From assembly GCA_020536535.1 (NCBI GenBank), contig JAHLWZ010000193.1, positions 1 to 64,000 on the forward strand: a stretch of DNA of 64,000 bases, written 5' to 3'. The notes beneath the pieces were generated by a model. The model did not search any database. It saw nothing but the letters and a program-made list of their open reading frames with translations, and was not told the origin of the DNA. Shown here one piece after another: positions 24,601-38,517 of this stretch. Every line of letters starts with the position of its first letter. The stretch's first letter is position 1. The stretch is from Pelomyxa schiedti. Its lineage: Eukaryota; Protista; Evosea. The position numbers were made by a program, and so were the translations under genes.

Positions 24601-26940
24601 AGTTCTTCTTGAAATTGAGTGTAGAGCACATACCTCTGACAAAACGGAAGATACAAATATTTTCATTCTCACAGATGGGGATTTTTCTCACGATTCCCAA
24701 GTTATGAATGTATGTATGGTGCTCCCTAGGCCCACACAATCCTCAACCAATTTATTTTTTCTCTGCTCCAGCTTCTTCGTGATCACTGCCAAATTAAGAA
24801 GCATTCAACTCGCATTTTCTCATTTGGGATTGGGAATACTGTTCACAGACATAACGTCTTGAGTCTGGCCCGAATTGGAGGTGGTGAATGTGAATTTGTT
24901 TCCTCCACAAATCCTTTACGGCGACAGGTGACTGCGTCAAGTCTGGGGTAGAAATTTAACTATTTCTTAGGTGTATAGGCAATTGGAGAGGGCTAGACAA
25001 CCATGTCTGAAAGATATCAATGTTAGGTGGGGGGCCACTGCAAGTTCCAGTACCGTTCAACAGGCACCGTCTCAGATAATGACCCTATTCAATGGAGAGC
25101 GCACAATAATATATGCATTTATTCCTTCGGACTGCCAACAAGTTGTGACATTGATGTACTTGAATTGCTAAACTTTCTCAGGTCACACTTCATGCCACAG
25201 TAAACAATACCAACGAAGAGTACCATGCAACAGTCTTCTCTAATGTTGCTGAAATGGTGGAAGGGCTTACCCTCCATAGACTTTGTGCTCGGGCAATAGT
25301 CCGGTATGTTTTCTTGAAATATGTTATATTTCACCTTCTTACTAGAGATTGGGAAGAAATGTGTTTAGGGGAGGATCCGGTATCAAGTGAAGTGGCTCGA
25401 GCAAACGTGTGCATTCCTTTTCTATATGCAGGCATTGATATCCTGTAGCAAAAAGGGGAGATTATCCAACTTGGAATTCGTTACTCCCTTGCAACAACCC
25501 TGACCTCTTTTATTGCCGTTGAGGTAAGGATTTTTCCTTCTGCTCGATTTTCATTTTTTCTACAGGAAAGAACTGAGGCAGAAAAGAAGGGGTAACATTT
25601 TGGGGAACAAAAACACTTTTAATCGATTTTAAGAGATGTTAAGTTAAAGCCAACTCCTCCAATAAACGATTTGGCTGTGCAAGAAAAAGTCGATGAGCTT
25701 CCATTTTGTACCAACTGGAAAGAAGTTGTGTTACCTTCCCCCGGCACATTGGCAGTTAACACACGGACACCATACCCAGCAACAAAGCATTCAACTGTCT
25801 ACGACTACTGGGTATACAGCCCCCCAAGTGACAACGTTCCTCCATTACAAACAGAAAATCCAAGTGTGTTCATTCTTTATTGCAATTTTCTTATTGATTC
25901 CCCACAAGATTGGGAACTTACAAATAAGCCCAAAGGTTACCTTTCCCACTATTATTCCATGGCCTAAACAAACCCTACAAGATGATTGGAATGCCTTTCC
26001 GAAGAGAAATGAAAGAGCATTTCCAGCTTCTGGAAGGCGTGCCCGTAGAGGATATTTTGGAGGTGGGGACATCGGTGGAGGTGGAGGTGGAGCTGGTGGC
26101 GAGATAGCTTCGAGATTCCCACCACTTGCCTTAGGAGATTTATGTGGTAGCTCAGATGTTATGATGGACGGGATTTGTGATATCAATGAGGAGGAAGAAT
26201 GTCTTGAAGAAAATGATGACGATTATGGGGAAGAACCTATGGATGGTGATAATGTGGCGTTTTCCAAAGATGCACCTCCATGTGACATACCTCTAGCCAG
26301 CTCAGCCGCTCAGCCAGCTTCCACGGAGACAAAACCGAATCTCGGAACAACGCCACCTTCGAACAGTGCCTTGCGTTCGCTTTCTCCACAGCTCCGTACT
26401 GGGAAGGATGCCCTCGACCTTCTCGATTGCCAAGGGGCTATTATTCGGCAACAAGATGAATGCCTTGACAGAATTGAAACCAACATTTCCCAAACCAGAT
26501 TCCTTGCAGCATCCATGAACAGAGAATTGGGCGAACACACTAGATTGCTGTCAGGAAGCTATGAGCTGCAAAGGGCTGAAAGGATGCAATCCGCTGGCTG
26601 CTGCTTTATTGCCACCGCAGCCTATGGCACAGACATGGACCCCCGGATAGATACGCTGCGCCGTTTCCGTGACACAACACTTCACAAACACTCACTCGGA
26701 CGAGCGTTCACGCGTTTCTACTATGCGACATCACCCCCTTTTGCCAAGTGGCTCACCCAACACCCCTGGGCCAGGCTCACAGTTCGCATTCTACTTCTTC
26801 CACTCGTAACCTTACTTGATCACCTGGGTTATAATCCTCACTCTGAGAATTCCCCACAAGATGCAGCAAAGACCTTACTGACACTGCTTGCGTTCCTCTC
26901 CTTTCTTGGTTTGGCTGTCCTGCCCTTATTCATATTCTGA
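21640..26940 (+). CDS. Vault poly(ADP-ribose) polymerase (PARP4)-like protein, multi-exon. Domain order: PARP helical/regulatory segment; PARP catalytic domain (22506-23030); VIT domain (~23230-23760); vWA domain (~24290-25450); linker; C-terminal 'CFIATAAYG' domain plus TM anchor. The 5' end is uncertain.
   Basis: PARP catalytic exon reads NIGNIFHVSRHMDLSSFSSEMGNEMLLFHGS…NAGNMGAGLYFSDSP…LLICRVALGKV. The preceding exon STEFYSNLPLPNHKQ resembles the PARP helical domain. The VIT exon reads AKYVFPLDEKSAVVGFECFIN…VVKEKEQAHKEYKEAIARGDGAYLLDEAKSNVFTVSVGNLPP. The vWA exons read TLIIDQSASM… and TNIFILTDGDFS…. Confidence 0.8.
22506..23030 (+). other. PARP catalytic domain exon (His-Gly-Ser / Tyr catalytic-type motifs) of the vPARP-like gene.
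   Basis: LLFHGSKIGNWLGILSRGL; GAGLYFSD; LLICRVALGK. The third catalytic position looks variant: DEYEQSTYI where canonical PARPs have NEYIVY. Confidence 0.8.
26584..26940 (+). other. C-terminal domain of the vPARP-like gene: SAGCCFIATAAYGTDMDPRIDTLRRFRDTTL…GRAFTRFYYATSPPFAKWL…, then a terminal hydrophobic helix TLLTLLAFLSFLGLAVLPLFIF. Resembles a prokaryotic C-terminal sorting-type domain.
   Basis: Read directly from the 25693..26940 ORF. The similarity to a bacterial/archaeal 'CFIATAAYG…FRD…YY…SPP + TM' C-terminal domain is from memory and has not been checked against a database. Confidence 0.5.
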
Positions 26941-27195
26941 AATTTCGGCGAACGATTTTAAAAACAAAATCTGTCTGTTAGAACTCTCTATCCAGCTATT
27001 CTATCCCGAAAGCAGAATAACCGGAGAACGATTGCCAAAGGGTTCTCTGGTGGTGGCCTTTTCTCTTTTTTTATTTCGCGGTTGGTTCGTTGGCAACAAT
27101 CCCCGGCGAGATCTCCTTGGTGTAGCTCCCGTCTGTTTGGAAAGTCAAAGAAAAAAAAACTAGCGAAAGGAAAGCTAGTAAAAGAACACAGTAAC

Positions 27196-30100
27196 ATGTC
27201 GGGAACTACTGGCGATTTGAACGCTGTCAGTGCTGTTGGTGGTGAGCCTGTTGGAGAAGGAGTGCAGTCGCCACCACAACCGCAAAATGCCCTCCCATTG
27301 ACGCAGCCGCAACAAATACCGGCGCAAGCTACGCAGGGACAGCAATCTGTACCAGCTCAAACGGAGCAAGTGCAGCAGCAGCAACAACAGCAGAAACAGG
27401 GGGTTGGTGGGGAACAAACTGCTACGGCTACGGCTACGACTACGGCGCCGGCGTCGTCACCGTCGCCGTCACTCGATGAGGGAGAGCCCGAGGAGGAGGT
27501 GTTCACCAAGGAGGACGAAGAGGCATGCTTGAGAGAGTATTACGAAATAGAAAAGAGTTTAAAAGGTGGTTGCAAGCTTTTTGGGTGTATGTCGTTTTAA
27601 CGAGTTTTCACCAGACGGAGACCTGGACTACTTGAAACAGTTTTCTGCTGAGACATTGGAGTGCACCCCAAAACATCTATTTATGTGGAGGTCTATATTC
27701 CCACGTACGGTGTTGGTTGTTTTAAAAAAACGGTATGTCTATTAGATTTTCCCACGTTTCTTGTAACTCACTGTTAAGCTAGGGACCCAGATGAAGACGA
27801 TTTTGAGAAAATAGGCAATTTCTTTGTAGAGATGCTTACTGCTGTTTGTCGTTTTATTGAGCTTGAGGTCCCTGAAATGATGGACCTTGTTGTAAAAATA
27901 TTCACCACAAGATACCCTTTCTACAATGATGCAGATCCCTCTGATGTACTTCCTTCCAAATCTCCTATTTTTCAACCAAGCATTATCCCATAGACTGAGG
28001 AGCTCCTGTGTCGGCTGGGAAAAGTCTTCCGTAAAAATTCTGGCTACCGAAATTTATTTAGACAGATGGCACTTAGCAAAACTATGCCTCTCACCCTTTT
28101 CTGTACTATCTTGAAAATCATCCACAAGGTACCCAGAATGTTTTCCACTAGTGTTTATCTCTTTAGGCACCTGAGGATGCTGTCAGTGATCAGCTCATTA
28201 AAAAACTACCTGAGATTGTAAAAAAAAGGATTTTTCAGCTTACAGCTGAGGAGGTAAGGACTGAGTCCAAGAGCACTATTTCTATCATAATACATCGTTT
28301 CCAAAAAATTTTGCACAAGGTAGGATTTCCTTCCCTCTCTATTTCTTCCTTGACCTTTCACAAATAGTGCGATGTTGAAGATGCTGATCGGTTTGTAGAT
28401 ATACTTCTTCTAGAAGTTGCCAGGATTTACTTTAAGTGCCCATTTTTGGAGAAGAGACTGCTTGGTCTTAGTGATATCAAAGTTCTCTTCTTTCATGATC
28501 TAATTATATGAATTGATACATCACCAAGTTCATGTTGTACTTGTGATTTCCTGTCAAACACCATACCCCTGTCTCAAACTGTGCACTGACTCTTTCTCAC
28601 TTAGGATATCATTAGACGTTTGTCTTCAGAAGATAAAAAGCACCGTTCCTGGATAACAACTCAGTATGAATTTTGCTTATTTATTTAGGTAATTTTCTTT
28701 CCAGGTACATGATATCATGGATAAAGGATCAGCACATAATATCAACACTCTTTGGCAATTCCAAACACTTAGAACTGATTAGGCGGTGTGGCTACATTGT
28801 CAGGTTTCTTGCCCAAGAGCAGCAGTTAACTCTGGAAGAGATACAAGAGATTTGGAATTCTTGTCTTGTATGGTTTTACATGTATTGATACTGGAGTTTG
28901 ATCACATTTCAACAAGGGTCAACATGAAACAGTAATCTCTGCTGTGTACTCACTTCTAGAGCATATTGCATACTTTCTTAATGAAGAAGCAATTCAATAC
29001 ATCTATTCGCAGTTTAGGGCCATTCCCTACAGCAATTATACCACACAGGCCATACACTTCCTCTGTGATTTTTGCTGTGAAACACAAGTAACTGACGTTG
29101 ATCATTTCAATTTATAACTTCTTCTTGTTAGGACTCACGCTTTGGTTTAGACATTATCTGGGACTTAGTTCAAGACACTTCTCCAGTATCCACTGATCTT
29201 AGCCTTTACATTTGTGAAAAATTAGGGGAGATTCTCAAAGCACTACCACTCAGCAACTCCCAAAGGTGTCTTTCAAGAAGTTTCCTACTTCCTCCTATGT
29301 CTTAACACAAAGAAAGAATATACTACTTAGGCATGCTTCTCGATAATATTCAAAATCATCTCTCTATTCCACAGTCTTTGTACCTTTACCGTATCATTCT
29401 TGGTATCCCTTCATGTCAAATGTGTTCCTTTAACATTGTGGAAGAGGGTAAACATACTTCCCCTGAAGAACTTACAGAACGGGTTCAACTCTCTATTTCT
29501 CCGTTCTTTGCAGTAAGTGCGGTGTACTATTGATATGAAATAACTCCTCAAGGACTTGCCTCATTGGAAAGAGACTGCTCAGAGACTACCACCCACTTCG
29601 TGCGTTTGGAGTTGTTTCTTAAGTAGTTCCTGTTAATTGTTGCCAGCAATGTCGAAACAGTTGTTTCTGGAACAAAGTACAATCTCTTCTACCACGTTAA
29701 AGAGAGGCTCGATTTTATTGAATTCATATGCAAATCTAAATACCAGCTGGATCAACCTCAAATTGAGGTTTTTTTTCCCCCCCTTTTGACTTCATGTGGA
29801 CTGTAACAAATCTGCACAGATTTTCTGGGACACTCTCGTTGTTGGTGCCACCAATTCACAAACACGAGGGGTAGCGCTAGAGTGGGTACAAAGTGTTTAT
29901 TCTCTTGTCCCAGTGGTATGGATCCTATTTTTACAACCACTTTCAATCCTTTGTATTCACTTTGAAAAAGCGGTTGATGGAATTTATCTTCCTCGAAAAA
30001 TTTCCCCTGTTGGACTTCTCCTCACTCACGAAGATCTCTTTTGACACGTTGTGCTTCTTGTTTTCTGCAATTAACCAACAACGTGGGCTCCTGAAACGAG

Positions 30101-33100
30101 ACAAAGGGTAATTACCAAGAAAATAAACTGAGAACCAACTTTAACCAGGCATGACGCTAATATTATACTCTCACCCAATCTTTGTGGTTTTGATTATTTA
30201 TGGCGAGCGTTGTTTGAAGCCTCTGATGAAAACGTTGCACAAACTGCCATTACCTTTCTGGTTCGCCTTGTGGAAAAAGTATATTTGTATTCCTATCATA
30301 CACATTCAAAATCTTCAAATATTCCTTCCAGATATCCCTTGAAGCAAACCAGGCAGCTCAATTCCGACTTAACTTTGTAAACAACTGCATGCAAAAGTTA
30401 TCCTGCACTCCGATTCAAAAACTTCACGTTGAGAGAGCACTCATTGTGTTCAAGGTCTGTTTGGCGGTATAAACTTCTTTCTGCTTATAAACCTAGCGTC
30501 TACTGCAACAAGAGTCTCGTTCCTATAAACGTCATGCTCTGTGTACAAGGGGAAGGTTGATGTTATTGGATGTAAAACCTACAGGTCTACCTCCATTCGC
30601 ACTTTCAGTCTACCAAAATGAGACCTTACAAAACTTAAAAAAGAAAGTTGGAGAAAAGTATGGATGTTACTGTACTTTTATTAGTCCTTAAGTCCACTTT
30701 TAGGTTGGAAGTAACACCTGAATTGGTGCGGGTTTTTAACACATATGGCAAAGAATTTGCACCATCAAGTGACTCCCAAACTCTACAAGCCTTATGCATA
30801 CATTCAGGAAGTTTGAGTGTTGCTAAAAAGGTTAGTGGTTATACCAAAGTTCTCCGTCTAAAAAAATGTATTCCCAGGAAAAAGATTTGAAAGAAACTCC
30901 ACTCAGACCACCACCTCCACCAGTATGTTATGTTCTTCTTTTGTGTTACTTATATGTTAGCCACCGAAACAGGAGGGGATGTTCAGTGATGTACTGTGCC
31001 AAACTCATTTCTTTGAAACTATGTTTGACCTGTTCTCTCTAAATGACGATACCATATCGAAAATGGTATGTTTTACAAAGGTTTTTTTAATTTGAGTCCA
31101 CCCCTCTTTTAGGTCTGGGAGCTTCTTAATATTTTACCCACAAATCCACACCTCCTGGAAGTCATATCCACATTGTCTGAGGATGTACACAAAATTATGG
31201 AAACTCAGTAGGCTGTCTGTCACTAACACACAAGTATAACACCAAATTTTAAAAAAATAGGCCTGTCTCCAAGCTTCTCTACTCTCTGACAATTGTTGTT
31301 TCCTTCACTGAACCCAGTGAGGATCCTCAGGTTCCAACACCAATACTAGTCTCTCTTTGTTATTTTATATTTAGGAGGTGGATAAGCGTCTGAGATGGCA
31401 GGCTAGTTTTGTCAAGCATGGAGGCATCACAGCCCTTCTAAATATCCTTCAGTCTGTAGACTTCCAATACGGGAGTAACTGTCGTGCAACTCTGGCCATG
31501 CTTTTACAGATTATATCCTTTTTCCTGATTGGTTTCTGCCTTGAATCCCTTCAAATTTGTTCATCTTCAACTAGATTCTGAAGGAAATCTCCGAAACAAC
31601 ATCATACCAGTCGAGCCCAAGTCCCTGCAGGTGCTAGTCTATCGTTTAATTCTTGAATCTGCAATGAATTCAGCCCGCGGCGATTTCTGTTCCATTTCTG
31701 ATGTAACAATGGTCCTTCCTCTAATGATCTGTATCTGATTTCGATGTAGGATGGAGATGTTGTTGAAAACGGAATGAAATTGTTTGTTGCCTGTGTTCTA
31801 CATGATAAATCGACTTTTACCTCCACCATCATGGTAACTGTTGGTGCGAAATACTTCTGTCTTCTAAACATAGTTAGTCTCAAAAGGACTTTGATCAATG
31901 GTTTGCAAGTGTACTTGTTGAACCTCGAGATATGTCCATACGCTGTGCCTCTTGTGATGGCCTCTACAAGATTTGTAGTGGGCTGAAAACAGAGTATGAT
32001 CTCAGACAGTCTTTGCACAGTCTTAGATGTCACTTTTTTTTTTTCAGGGAAGTAGAAAACATGTTTACTTCCAAGTGCCTTGCCCTCTTACCATCCATCC
32101 CTCATAATTCCAAAACCTGTGACTTCTTTTTTGAATTCTTAAACAAGGTTTATTTCATATATAAAAAATGAGAATCTCAACCCCTGCAGCTCATCCTGGA
32201 CAAATGTAAGGCAGGACAAAAGCCTTCCAACTTTGTTCAACAGTTACTTTCCTGGCTTGACAGTCATCCAATGATAGAAGTGCTTTCTACACTAAACTGG
32301 TCTATACTCCTAAGTTTTACCCCTAGGATAAGGACTTGATGCAGCAAGACTACTTTGCACCTGGGTTATTAAAACTGCTTACAACAATACTGAGCTTTTC
32401 CCCTGAAATGAAGGCACCTCTAGGGTAAGTCAGCAATCTACATCAAGTGTACAAGTACCCTAACTGTTTTTCACAAGGGTAACCTTGATACCAACCTTAT
32501 TCACCAAGTACTTGTTTGATGTGCCAACCATTAATAACCATGGACCACAGCGGCCACCCTTTTTTAAGGTTTGTCTGTGCTGTAAAAGACCCAATCTCAC
32601 ATAACAAAACAAAACAAAAGTCCAAATCAGCTAGGTTTCAAGCTTTTGCAAGCCTTGTGGAATTGTGCAACCAGTGCCCCACTAATCTGTCCCAGATTCT
32701 CGCTCTTTTGTCCCCACACCATATTCATGATGATCGTCGCAACTTTTGGAATTACTACCCGTCTTCAAATGAGATATCCAGGTGTGGGTTTGTCGGCCTG
32801 AAAAACCAAGGAGCCACCTGTTACATGAATTCTCTCCTCCAACAGCTGTATATGGTTCCTCAATTTCGTAACAGGTACGAAATGTGTCTGTGGTTACCTT
32901 TCACACTTTCCCAGTATTCTAAAAGCTGAAATCCCAGCTCTCCCGTCACCAAGTGAAAAACTTGAAGACAATCCTTTGTACCACCTCCAGAGAATATTTG
33001 GGGAACTTCAAGTATTCCTACCCTTTTCCCATGTCCTTGTACAAAGAAAATTACAGGCTAGCGAACGGCGTTCTGTTGATACTAAGGATTTCTGTGCATC

Positions 33101-36100
33101 CTTTAAAACCAACGGGAGCCCAATCAACACCCACGTTCAGATGGATGCAGATGAATTCTTTGCCCAATTATGTGACAAGTTGGAGGGGTTGCTTAAATCC
33201 GCAAACCAGGTATAATTTTTCATTCAGTACAGGTACGGAGCAATAAGATAAAAATAAGGCCACAATCCTTCAAGACTGCCTTGGGGGTGTAGTTTGCCAC
33301 CAAGTTGTTTCCAGAGAATGCTCTCATGTCAGCCAGCGTGAGGAGGGATTTGTCACACTCAGCCTTGTTCTCCAAGGAAAGAAAAATCTTGAAGAGTCTC
33401 TGTACTCTCTTATTGAGGGTGATTTGCTAGATGGTGACAACAAGTATCATTGCGAATCGTGTGGCACCAAGGTATTTGGTCCTCTTTCAGAAGTTCACTG
33501 ACTCCCAGTAGGTTGCCGCAAGGAAGCGTTGCTGCCTTTCACAATTACCAAAAACGCTAGTGATACACAGTAAGCGCTTTGAGTTCGATCTAGAACAAAT
33601 GAGGAGGATAAAACTCAATGACCTGTACGAATTTCCAATGAAACTAAATTTAGAGCCCTTCACAAAAGAGGGATTAGCATCTCGTGAGGGCACCCCAAGT
33701 AGGTTCCTTCCTCTGTCTTTGATAGGAACTCAATTCCTTTCCTTTTTCCCCAGCCCAAGCGAAGCCAATGAGTCAATGCTACGATTATGAGCTAGTTGGC
33801 GTACTTATACATACAGGCACAGCAGATTGTGGTCACTACTACAGTTTTATCCGAGAGAGAGTTTCATGCAATCCCAATGAGGAACCAAGGTGGTTTCAGT
33901 TTAACGATGCGTCTGTTGATGAGATTTCCCCTGAGGTTTGTCACTTGAGGTTCCTTGATTGAAGTTAATTCCTTTCCAAGGTTATTCCAAATTCCTGTTT
34001 TGGAGGGGAGGAGGACACACAAGTTTGGGATGCAAAAGCAAGTCAGTGGGTTTGGAAACAGGTTTTGAAGTACTTATACCCTTTGCTGTATCGCATTATG
34101 TTAACCAAGAATAGACCAAACAATGCTTACATGCTTTTCTATTCCCGCGTGGATGTGAACCATTCCGACTTTCCAATATTGCCAGAGAATATTCCAAGTC
34201 CAATTTACACTTCCGTGTGGGAGGACAACATGAGATTCTTCATGGAAAGAAACATTTTTGATCGCGATTATTTCATATTTCTGTGGAGTCTTGTCCGCCT
34301 TATTGAGAAGGAACCTCCTGAACTTGGTAATTGTACTGTCTGTGGGCTTCACATTGTCACTTTATCTAGAATTTGGAGAAAGTTCAACCCTATCACACAG
34401 TACATTGAAACTCGCAGCTCAATTCATCTTTGATACTTTAAGCCGTGCTAGAGAGCGAGGGTCTTTTCTTGAGTATTCACTGAACCTGGGCCAGCTTTTT
34501 GAAAAACATATTCCTGTTTGATCTCTCTTTTTGTGTGCAATACTCACTCAGATTATTTCCAGTCATGCACCTGGTTCATGGACTACATGCTGACGGATAA
34601 TATGAGGTGGCCCAAACAAATACTTCTGGAATGCCCCTGTGAAGATGTTAGAATACCTGTTGTATCCTTATTCATCACGGTTATCAAGCACCTCAATCCC
34701 CACATTCATCATCTTCAGTGGATCTATGATACAGCAGTAAGTTCTTTTTTTTTTTTGTTAACACAATCCCACATAAATCAAGGTAGAACCTATGAATACT
34801 GATGGAGTCGACTCAGAAAAAGTTTCCTCTTTTTTCCTTACCTCCCATAGTCTTACACATGCCAGCTTTTGCTGTCACCTCCGTTGCCAGGCGTCCCCAA
34901 GTCTCTAATAATTCGGTTTATGGACAAACTGCTTAGTTTGGCATGTACATTCTTAATAGCACCAAAACGTAACTATTTTCCCAGCTTCCTACAGTAGCGG
35001 AATACTGGCGCCACTTTGCACAATACTTTCTCATGTTCCTTAGATTTGCACAGCTGGGTGCAGATGAGGTTATTTCCTCCCTCCTTCATCACTTTATTTA
35101 GTGTTGGAAATAGTGCCAGTACCTATTCTCTCGAAACGTGATTGTTCAATTTGTAGATTTTTACATGGGAGACGAGTCGCCATATTCTCCTGTTCTCCAC
35201 CTTGTTAGCGTGACTTCCCTCACCATTTTCAGAAATCAGAAAAGCGACCTAGTATGGGGGATAAAGCTACTCCCCCCAATATTTCTCATGTGCTCGATTT
35301 AATGGAATACCTTCTGAAACAAATGAGAGAGATCAGTACTTATTCAGTTTCTGACCTTGATAAAGAAGCACTTCGTTACAATGTAAGTTTCGAGCTGGGT
35401 AATAACATGTACCTCATATATTTTCAGGAATTCTATGAGAAAGCAATGCGCGAAAATCAAAATCCAGAAGCCATTGCCTCTATCGTCACAATTCTTGGTG
35501 AGAACCAGACTTTTAGCAAGGGAATTATTTTGGCAGTGAAGAGAGTAAGTTTTTCTCATCCTCCAAGAGAGATTTTTATTTCATTTTTAGGGTCTGGATG
35601 AACTCAAGGCCGAGAGATTTCCACCTTTCTATACCGCGCTTACTGCCCTGTTGAAAATAAATGATGGAGACCAACTTACACGCACTTCAAGGGCTTACAA
35701 AGCCTTGTGTTAGTATGTACATATTTCTTTCCATATTCAAACTTAATGGCGCAGTGTGATTGACAGAAATATCAAGTATCCAACTGAAACAGCTAGTGTT
35801 CTCACTTTCCTTGGCAATAAAGAACTCCCTCACCTGAGGTGAGCAAACAAAAATTGTAATCCCAAGTAATAACTCTACTAGAGCTCAGGTCTGGGAGCAC
35901 TTTGTGGACCTTGGGAATCCAGGATACCTGGTAGGCAATAAAGTCAGTGTCTGCGAAGCAACTTGTAGTCTTCTGCAAAGTTTTGTATCAGAGTCGTTAC
36001 CTGACTCGGAACTTGACAGTCTTGTGGAACACCTTGTTTCCTTCTTCAAGGATGAGAAAAATTTTGAATATGGGAAGGTCACACATCAACACTATTTACA

Positions 36101-38245
36101 TGGTGATTTAATCATTTCTTCTTCAGGATTCTCACCCCAGACAATTTGTACCGTTTCTGACACTCCTCCAACTCAGTTTACGTGGGGATTCTCAAAAGAA
36201 AATTGTACACCTCCCTTTTTTTTTAGTAGTTACTCTCATTTTCTCAGTTCCTTGAGCACATTGATGAATTTTATCCCATACTTATATCAATAGTGACTGT
36301 AAACATGGAGTGTGACGAAAGCAAGCGATCGATGGTGCTTATGTATCTCCAATACTCGACACAGTTCTCACCTTCCTTTTTCCACAACTTCTTCTTTTCT
36401 CAGTTGGATCTGTGGCACTCATTACTGCACTCATGTGGTGAAATCCTCTCCGATTTCTTGAGTAAGCCACAGCACTGGCGAGCGTTGTTTGATGTGTGGA
36501 TCTGCTTCCGTAACGACAAGTTTCTCAATGAATACAACAAAGTATTATTCCATAACTCTGTAACACTCCCATTTACTCTAACCTTTACCTTAAAGATTGC
36601 AACCCCGTCAGTCTATCGTTGCATGCTGTTGTGCTCGCAATCCAACGATCAGTTCCTCACCGACCTTGGTAACAACCCCAATTTTAGTTGGGCTGTTGAT
36701 CATTTCCTTCTCGAAAATTGGCCCCTGTTTACTGAAGTATGATATTACCTTGCAATTGGCAGTACCTTCTAACAAACAACAGAGCCAAAAGGCAATTCAC
36801 ACCATTTTATCTTATGGGTGCAGTCACAAAGATGTTGGTCCTGTCTATCGCTGTCTTATTCGAAATCGTATAGCTGCTCTGAAATCTGTTGTTGAAGGGA
36901 CTGCGCACCACGTTATTCAGTACCCACACCCTTTACAATCTTTTTGTGATAACCTCTCGAAGGTTACTTGACTACGCAACCCTCTCTACCGAGGATACTT
37001 ATGAACTGTTGAAAGCCCCCAAGTTAATGCGCTTCCTCTTTCAAGTATTTCTGGTTCTGTCAAGCAACATTATTTTTGATTTTTGTTAGGCGTTAGGGTC
37101 TATACTTGGTAATTCAAAGTACCGTGAACAGTACGCATCCACAGGGCTTACTCTCGCCACGAACGCCCTTTCATTGGTTTTGGAGAACCCATCGTCATTG
37201 ACAGCAACTCAACAAGAGCAGTTAGTGGTGGAATTAGGGCATGTGATGGTGAAGCAAATTACTTTTTGCTGTACAGCTCTCATACCATTTAGGAGTTTTT
37301 CGTAATAAAATGGGTCGAATGGGCGGCTATACCCCTGGCTAGTGATATGAAGTTGTCATCTTGCTTCACAGAAACCCTTTTTAAATGGTATCCTTTCTGC
37401 ACCAAGTGCTTTGTTCAAAACCTGGTTCTAGGCAAAACCTGAAGTTCTTGGCCGTTGCCGTTCCCCAACTCAAAAAACAGACTCAGTCTTTACTACCTAA
37501 GAGGGAATCCACCCCTCTTACATACACAATTGCTGTACTGGCCGCACAGTATGGAGTTTCGTCAACGAGAGAAGCTAGCAACCCAAATCTCATCACCGAC
37601 TCTATTGAACTTGGTTCCTCTTCTTCCTTGTTGTATTATTTTGCTGATTCTAGCGAAACAGCACTGAACGTTGTTATGTTGTGCCCAACAGACACACAAT
37701 GCTCGACCCTCCTTCTGTCCGCCTATGAGCATGACTCTACATCCCCGTTAGTGCTGTCTTGTTTGAGTAGAAGACCCGACTTTTTGGTGGATTGCTTGGT
37801 TCATCCTTCCTTCCAACTTAAGCCTCCACTTCTACCTTTCCTTGAAAGGATTTTCCCTCAGGTTCGTTTTCATCAGTTTCAAGTGCACTCACCCAATTCA
37901 AGGTGTGCGCGTCACTCGATCTTCCCCACCTTAGCATCATTCTTGATACGCTAGCCTTTCAAGTCAGAGAAGTGGTGTCCACTGCTACTACTGTGTACCC
38001 AAGTCTTCCCAAGGTTTGTGTTCTTCTCGCACCCTTTTTGGTTTCTAAAACCAAGCCAAAACAAGCTCCTGGCGGCACTCCTTGTGGTACTTCAACACCC
38101 ACAGACACGTGATTTGTTGCTCAAACAAGTGGACACCGCAGTTCTCTTGTCACTGACAACAGAGGAAACAGCCGTGCGGCTTAACCTCCAGTTCAACGAC
38201 TACCGAAATCTGGGCACAAAATTGGCACAAGTACTACAACTTTGA
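27196..38245 (+). CDS. USP9X: Giant ubiquitin-specific protease of the USP9X/fat-facets (FAF) type (peptidase C19), with an estimated 35 or more exons over ~11 kb. Catalytic Cys box at ~32790-32880, His box at ~33780-33960; long armadillo/HEAT-like flanks.
   Basis: Cys box [29 protein letters not shown] (recalled USP9X: [26 protein letters not shown]). His box YELVGVLIHTGTADCGHYYSFIRER…WFQFNDASVDEISPE. Dozens of short exons with gtaag/gtatg donors. Terminal exon ends …LNLQFNDYRNLGTKLAQVLQL*. Start assumed at MSGTTGDLNAV (27196). Confidence 0.85.
32790..32880 (+). other. USP catalytic cysteine box (active-site Cys in GATCYMNS).
   Basis: [20 protein letters not shown] motif in the exon at 32516..32929. 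Confidence 0.85.
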
Positions 38246-38517
38246 AACCAAGCCCAACCCCTTCCCTGTACATTTACATCCTCACTATTCCGGTGTGTCT
38301 GTGCATTCTTGTCGGTGTGGGCAATAAAGAAAAGAAAAGTTCCCGACTCCTGCCTTTAGAACTTTAGAAAACCAAAGTGAACTTCCTCATGAACTTCGTT
38401 GGGAAATTCCCTGCCTGCCAGAGGCGTCTTTTAAGAAGTCCAACCACAACACCCACCACAAACAAAGAATAAAGAATCACAAGGCAGTGTCAACAAGCCG
38501 TAGTTACGGACGAACAA

